This document shows, in pieces, positions 59,879 to 64,000 of a stretch of DNA of 64,000 bases. Location of the stretch: the sequence record SRR31156797_613; one strand, written 5' to 3'. Below the pieces are notes generated by a model, which saw nothing but the letters and a program-made list of their open reading frames with translations, was not told the DNA's origin and did no database searches. Both the position numbers and the translations under genes were made by a program. Each line of letters begins with the position of its first letter. The first letter of the stretch is position 1.

Positions 59879-60034
59879 CTATAATAAATTTATCAACTAG
59901 TATTATTGTAATAAGCTATTTTGTATAAATATGATTATTATAATAATCCTTTCTATACACTTTATTGCTTTAAGATAAATTATTCAGAAAACATACATAA
60001 AGGATATATTAAAAAAGATTAATTTTCCATTATA

Positions 60035-60550
60035 CTAGTATAGATTAATCAGCCAGTTTTTTAGCATTCTTTTAATTATCATTATTACAATAACTGAAAT
60101 AAAGATAATCGCTAAAGATTGCAGAGTGTATCCCTGAAGAACTAGTCCTAAACATAATCCTGCTGCCGGCGGATGTTCTGAGTTAGTCATAGTCATAAAA
60201 AGTAATGATAAACCTACTGCTATCCCTCCAAAAACGCTGAAAATCCAATTGTATTCCGTTAGCTGATAAATATAGGATGCTATATGGTGTAATATTATAC
60301 CTAGAATAATACCTATTACGTAACCGCCAAGTACACTTCTCCCCTTACTTGTTCGTAAATGAGGCATTGCAAATACCAAAAATGCTGTTGCCCCAAATGC
60401 AGCTATAATAACTTCATGGAACATGCTGTCGATAGCAAATAGTATTATTACAACTGAAACTGTTGCCATAAGACACTGCAATATGTAATGTGATATATTA
60501 TACTTAAACTTCTTGTCTATTATATTAAATTCTCTGCCCAATAATTTCAC
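60035..60550 (-). CDS. HPP family membrane protein
   Basis: FGATAFLVFAMP and EHPPAAG motifs, 4-5 TMs. Confidence 0.88.
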   Translation of the reverse strand: MKLLGREFNIIDKKFKYNISHYILQCLMATVSVVIILFAIDSMFHEVIIAAFGATAFLVFAMPHLRTSKGRSVLGGYVIGIILGIILHHIASYIYQLTEYNWIFSVFGGIAVGLSLLFMTMTNSEHPPAAGLCLGLVLQGYTLQSLAIIFISVIVIMIIKRMLKNWLINLY

Positions 60551-60689
60551 TATTTATGTCCTCTTAATAAATTAGTTTTGTTATTCTTAATTGTATAACA
60601 TTATAACAGAATTATCCTTATTTTCCTCTTTAACTTTTAAATTCTGGCTAAATATCAATGATAACAGTTACAAACCAGTATATCTAGAC

Positions 60690-60739
60690 TTGACAATATT
60701 GTAATACTACTATACTATTTATATAAGTACACTGTACTT
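60690..60739 (+). promoter_or_regulatory. Promoter and TetR operator
   Basis: TTGACA-17-TACTAT; palindrome AAGTACA-C-TGTACTT (60725-60739). Confidence 0.65.
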
Positions 60740-60763
60740 TTTTGATGACGCAGGAGATAAATA

Positions 60764-61375
60764 ATGCAGCGAGAAAAAGATGAAATCAGAAAAAGCATCC
60801 TAAAGTCTGGTAAGGAAGCGTTCCTAAAAAATGGATTTGAAAAAGCCTCAATTAGAAAAATAGCAGCAGAAGCGAAAGTATCCAAGAGCAATATCTATAA
60901 TTACTTTAGAAATAAGGATGAATTATTCTGTATGATACTAAAACCTACGATTAATATCATTTATAGCACAATAGCAGCTAAAAGAGATGAATATAAGTAC
61001 AAAAAGCAAGATATATACTCACTAGATGGTCAGAGAACAGTTATCAAGGCAGTAATGGAATTTGTCTACAATAATAAAGATGATTTTATTCTTCTTCTCT
61101 TTAAGTCCGAAGGATCTTCTTATCATAATTTTAGAGATATAATAAAGGATGAATATACTAAAATGATGGAAGATTGGCTTGAAATCACCTCACCAGATTC
61201 TAATATATCACACTTTTTTATTGAGTCTATAGCGACCTTTTATATTAATACTATTGCACAACTGATTATTCAGAATAAAAGCCCCGAAGAGGTACAAAAT
61301 CATTTCAGAGAATTTCTGTCCTTTATATTTGGCGGATGGAACAAATTATTAGAAAGTGGTGAAAAAAATGATTAA
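60764..61375 (+). CDS. TetR/AcrR family regulator
   Basis: F..GFEKASIR.IA..A.VS.SNIYNYF.NKDELF. Confidence 0.92.
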   Translation: MQREKDEIRKSILKSGKEAFLKNGFEKASIRKIAAEAKVSKSNIYNYFRNKDELFCMILKPTINIIYSTIAAKRDEYKYKKQDIYSLDGQRTVIKAVMEFVYNNKDDFILLLFKSEGSSYHNFRDIIKDEYTKMMEDWLEITSPDSNISHFFIESIATFYINTIAQLIIQNKSPEEVQNHFREFLSFIFGGWNKLLESGEKND

Positions 61376-62180
61376 TAAACAACAAAATAACAAAATTCAA
61401 TATGGCAACTGGGTATCACAAAAACTATTAACTAAAGTAACTATTGCAGCAATATTTACTTCATGTATTTCAATACTTTTATTTCTATTACCCAAAAGTT
61501 CTAACGTCATCTTGACTATATTCAGGGTGCTAAGTATAGCATTATTTATATTTTTCTTGTTCTCATTAATATACTTTCTGATAGCTAGAAAGATGTTTTC
61601 ATATACTGGAGGGAAAATCCAAGAGAAAGTAATTAATAAGCTAATAAATACCATTTCATGGAATGGCATAGGTAAAGCTCTGGATATTGGCTGCGGAAGC
61701 GGATATCTGACGATTACTCTTGCAAAGGAATATGAATCTGCTTCAATAACGGGAATAGATTATTGGGGAGATAATTGGGATTACTGTAAAAAACAATGTG
61801 AAGAAAATGCAAGATTATCAGGAGTAAATGATAGAACGGAGTTTATTAAATCTAGTGCATCAAAACTTCCATTTGAAGATGGGACTTTTGATTTAGTAGT
61901 CAGCAATATGACTTTCCACGAAGTAGCTGACAGCGATAACAAGATTGAACCCGTACTTGAATCACTTCGTGTATTAAAGAAAGGAAGCACATTTGTTTTA
62001 CAGGACTTATTTATGATAAAAAAATACTTTGGTACTACAGATGAATTACTTAATAAATTAAGAGAAGCAGGTATAGCAGAAGTTAATTATATAAATACAA
62101 GTGAATGTGACTTTATCCCTGGATTTCTAAAGCTTAGTTTTATGCTTGGAGCAGCAGGAATAATATATGGTAAGAAATAA
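61368..62180 (+). CDS. Membrane-anchored class I SAM-dependent methyltransferase
   Basis: YGNWV, two TMs, LDIGCGSG, LPFEDGTFD.VVS. Confidence 0.9.
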   Translation: MINKQQNNKIQYGNWVSQKLLTKVTIAAIFTSCISILLFLLPKSSNVILTIFRVLSIALFIFFLFSLIYFLIARKMFSYTGGKIQEKVINKLINTISWNGIGKALDIGCGSGYLTITLAKEYESASITGIDYWGDNWDYCKKQCEENARLSGVNDRTEFIKSSASKLPFEDGTFDLVVSNMTFHEVADSDNKIEPVLESLRVLKKGSTFVLQDLFMIKKYFGTTDELLNKLREAGIAEVNYINTSECDFIPGFLKLSFMLGAAGIIYGKK

Positions 62181-62257
62181 TACCCGTTTATAGTACAAAG
62201 AATAAAAAGCCTAGATTGTTAGGCTCTTTGTATAATAATTGACTATTTATTATTTAA

Positions 62258-63640
62258 TTATTTATTTTCAGCGTTATCCAGATTTATATCTCCTCTTTCC
62301 TGTAAATCTGTCAAAATTTCTTTATACATCTTTTCGTCTATTTTGAACTTAGAACGATATACAACATATCCAGCAAGAATAAATAGAAGAGGAATAATAA
62401 ACATAGCTAACTTCATTATTAGTATGCCTCCATCAGTTACATCAGATATCTCAACAGCATTGTTTATTCCTGATATAATTACTGTAGCACCTACTATACC
62501 TGAGCCAACTGCACCACCCATTTTATTGATAAAAGGCTGCAGTGCAAACGTAACACTTTCATTTCTTTTACCAAGTTTCCACTGACCATATTCGACTGTA
62601 TCAGCCAAAAACATCAATATCAACAATTGAATAAAAGCCTGACCCACAAAAAGCACTACACCTGATAGACCGATGAAAACCATGTTCATTGGTGAAAAGA
62701 AGAAAATTATATAGCCTAAAACAACCATTATTGTGCCACCTTTATATAATTGCTTTCTGGTGAATTTTTCTCTGAACAATGGAAATAGTGCCAATGTTAT
62801 TATCTGTGTCAATATCAATATGCCACCAAAAACGCTGTACATATCCTCATTACCGTATGCATATTTGAAGTAGTATGGTCCAAATGATGTGGTTGTTACA
62901 TAACCTATCATAAACAGTGTCATGGAAATAGCAACATACAGTAATTGGTCATTCTTAAATATTGCCTTTACCATTCCTTTTAAAGTAGTCTTTTCTCCCT
63001 GCTTAAACATTTCTTTTGGTTCATGTACTCCAAATAGAGTAATGCTCTGACCAATCCACGTTATAGCAACAATTATTACTGCAAATACAAGGAATCCAAA
63101 CTGCATATTATCAAACGCTTTGCCTAATCCTTCTGTGACTGGTAATACACCTACAACTACAACTGCTAAACCTACATTTGCACAAATACGAGCAAAAGCA
63201 CCAATTTTTTCACGTTCTTTCTGGTCTGTTGATAGTGCTGGAAGCATTGACCAGTATGAAATATCATTAGCTGTAAAACCGATACCCCACATTAAGTATA
63301 TTATTGCAAAGAAGATGATAAAAACATTATCTGATAGTTTAAAATCTGTAAATAGTAAAATAGTAAATATCCCACTTGCAAATGCACCTATTGCCATCCA
63401 TGGCTTAAATTTCCCCCATCTTGACTTAGTATTATCAACAATTACTCCCATAATAGGATCATTAACGGCATCAAATATCCTAGCTCCTACTATGATTGCA
63501 GTTATCCACCACATTATTGTATCTGATAAGTTCATTATCTCTGTCAAATAGTACATTAAGAACATGCTGACTAAGGCATACAGCATATCCCTTCCGATTG
63601 TTCCCAGCCCAAATGGTACTGTGTTATTTCTCTTTTTCAT
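62258..63640 (-). CDS. GPH/MelB-family glycoside:cation symporter
   Basis: RIFDA.NDP.MG..VD.T.SRWGKFKPW, D.VEYGQWK.GKR.E. Confidence 0.92.
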   Translation of the reverse strand: MKKRNNTVPFGLGTIGRDMLYALVSMFLMYYLTEIMNLSDTIMWWITAIIVGARIFDAVNDPIMGVIVDNTKSRWGKFKPWMAIGAFASGIFTILLFTDFKLSDNVFIIFFAIIYLMWGIGFTANDISYWSMLPALSTDQKEREKIGAFARICANVGLAVVVVGVLPVTEGLGKAFDNMQFGFLVFAVIIVAITWIGQSITLFGVHEPKEMFKQGEKTTLKGMVKAIFKNDQLLYVAISMTLFMIGYVTTTSFGPYYFKYAYGNEDMYSVFGGILILTQIITLALFPLFREKFTRKQLYKGGTIMVVLGYIIFFFSPMNMVFIGLSGVVLFVGQAFIQLLILMFLADTVEYGQWKLGKRNESVTFALQPFINKMGGAVGSGIVGATVIISGINNAVEISDVTDGGILIMKLAMFIIPLLFILAGYVVYRSKFKIDEKMYKEILTDLQERGDINLDNAENK

Positions 63641-63675
63641 AATCCTTCTCCAGTCTATATTAATTGGTTAGCAAA

Positions 63676-63999
63676 CTACTCTGCCTTGCCTTCAAAAATT
63701 TTAGCTTCGTATTTTCTCAATTTTAATTCATTATGTTCACTATAATTTGATAAAAGTACCTTTAAATTGCAAACGAACTTTGTATCTTTACCAGTAAAGT
63801 TTAATGCAATAGTCAATGCTTTATTTTCATATCTTCTTTCATAAACAAAAATTTTATTAGTCATTTTAATAACTTTAAAATTACCATACTTTAGTATATC
63901 ACTATTGCTTCTAAAATCTATAAGTTTTTTGTAGAAACTTAATACTGAGTGTTTGTCCTTAATCTGATTTTCCGCATTGATGTCTTTATAGTTTTTATT
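63676..63999 (-). CDS. GH13 alpha-glucosidase/oligo-1,6-glucosidase, 3' end (gene starts beyond window)
   Basis: NKNYKDINAENQ..D..SVLSFYKKLI..R....L.YG.F, IFVYER, LLSNY, LRKYEA. Confidence 0.8.
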   Translation of the reverse strand, partial: NKNYKDINAENQIKDKHSVLSFYKKLIDFRSNSDILKYGNFKVIKMTNKIFVYERRYENKALTIALNFTGKDTKFVCNLKVLLSNYSEHNELKLRKYEAKIFEGKAE

Positions 64000-64000
64000 T

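Overview
AT-rich chromosomal window from a Clostridia-like anaerobe (Bacillota). I saw no rRNA, tRNA, CRISPR, phage or IS elements. Left to right: (1) the start of a nitrogenase operon (nifH-nifI1-nifI2, minus strand) behind a ~175-nt leader containing an intrinsic terminator and competing hairpins; (2) a ~25-kb Gram-positive polysaccharide utilisation locus (3.4-28.3 kb) whose enzyme set matches fucosylated, acetylated xyloglucan (GH5 lipoprotein, GH31, GH3, GH42, GH95, SGNH esterase, ABC importer, second SBP + YesM/YesN-type system), plus two unexplained members: a membrane-anchored protein made of three copies of the GH5's C-terminal module, and an APH-fold kinase; (3) a ~21-kb cluster of cell-envelope sensing/export modules (BceRS-AB-like, YknXYZ/MacAB-like, two BlaI/BlaR1-like pairs with non-penicillin-binding ectodomains and distinct operators, ECF sigma/anti-sigma, YtrA-type GntR-ABC), with two pseudogenes; (4) a membrane MutS-like ATPase, TetR units, an Fe-ADH, a LacI-linked split transketolase/FucI-family isomerase/FGGY kinase operon resembling apiose catabolism, an HPP protein, a methyltransferase, a GPH symporter and the end of a GH13 gene. 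All calls come from reading motifs by eye; no database searches or folding programs were run.
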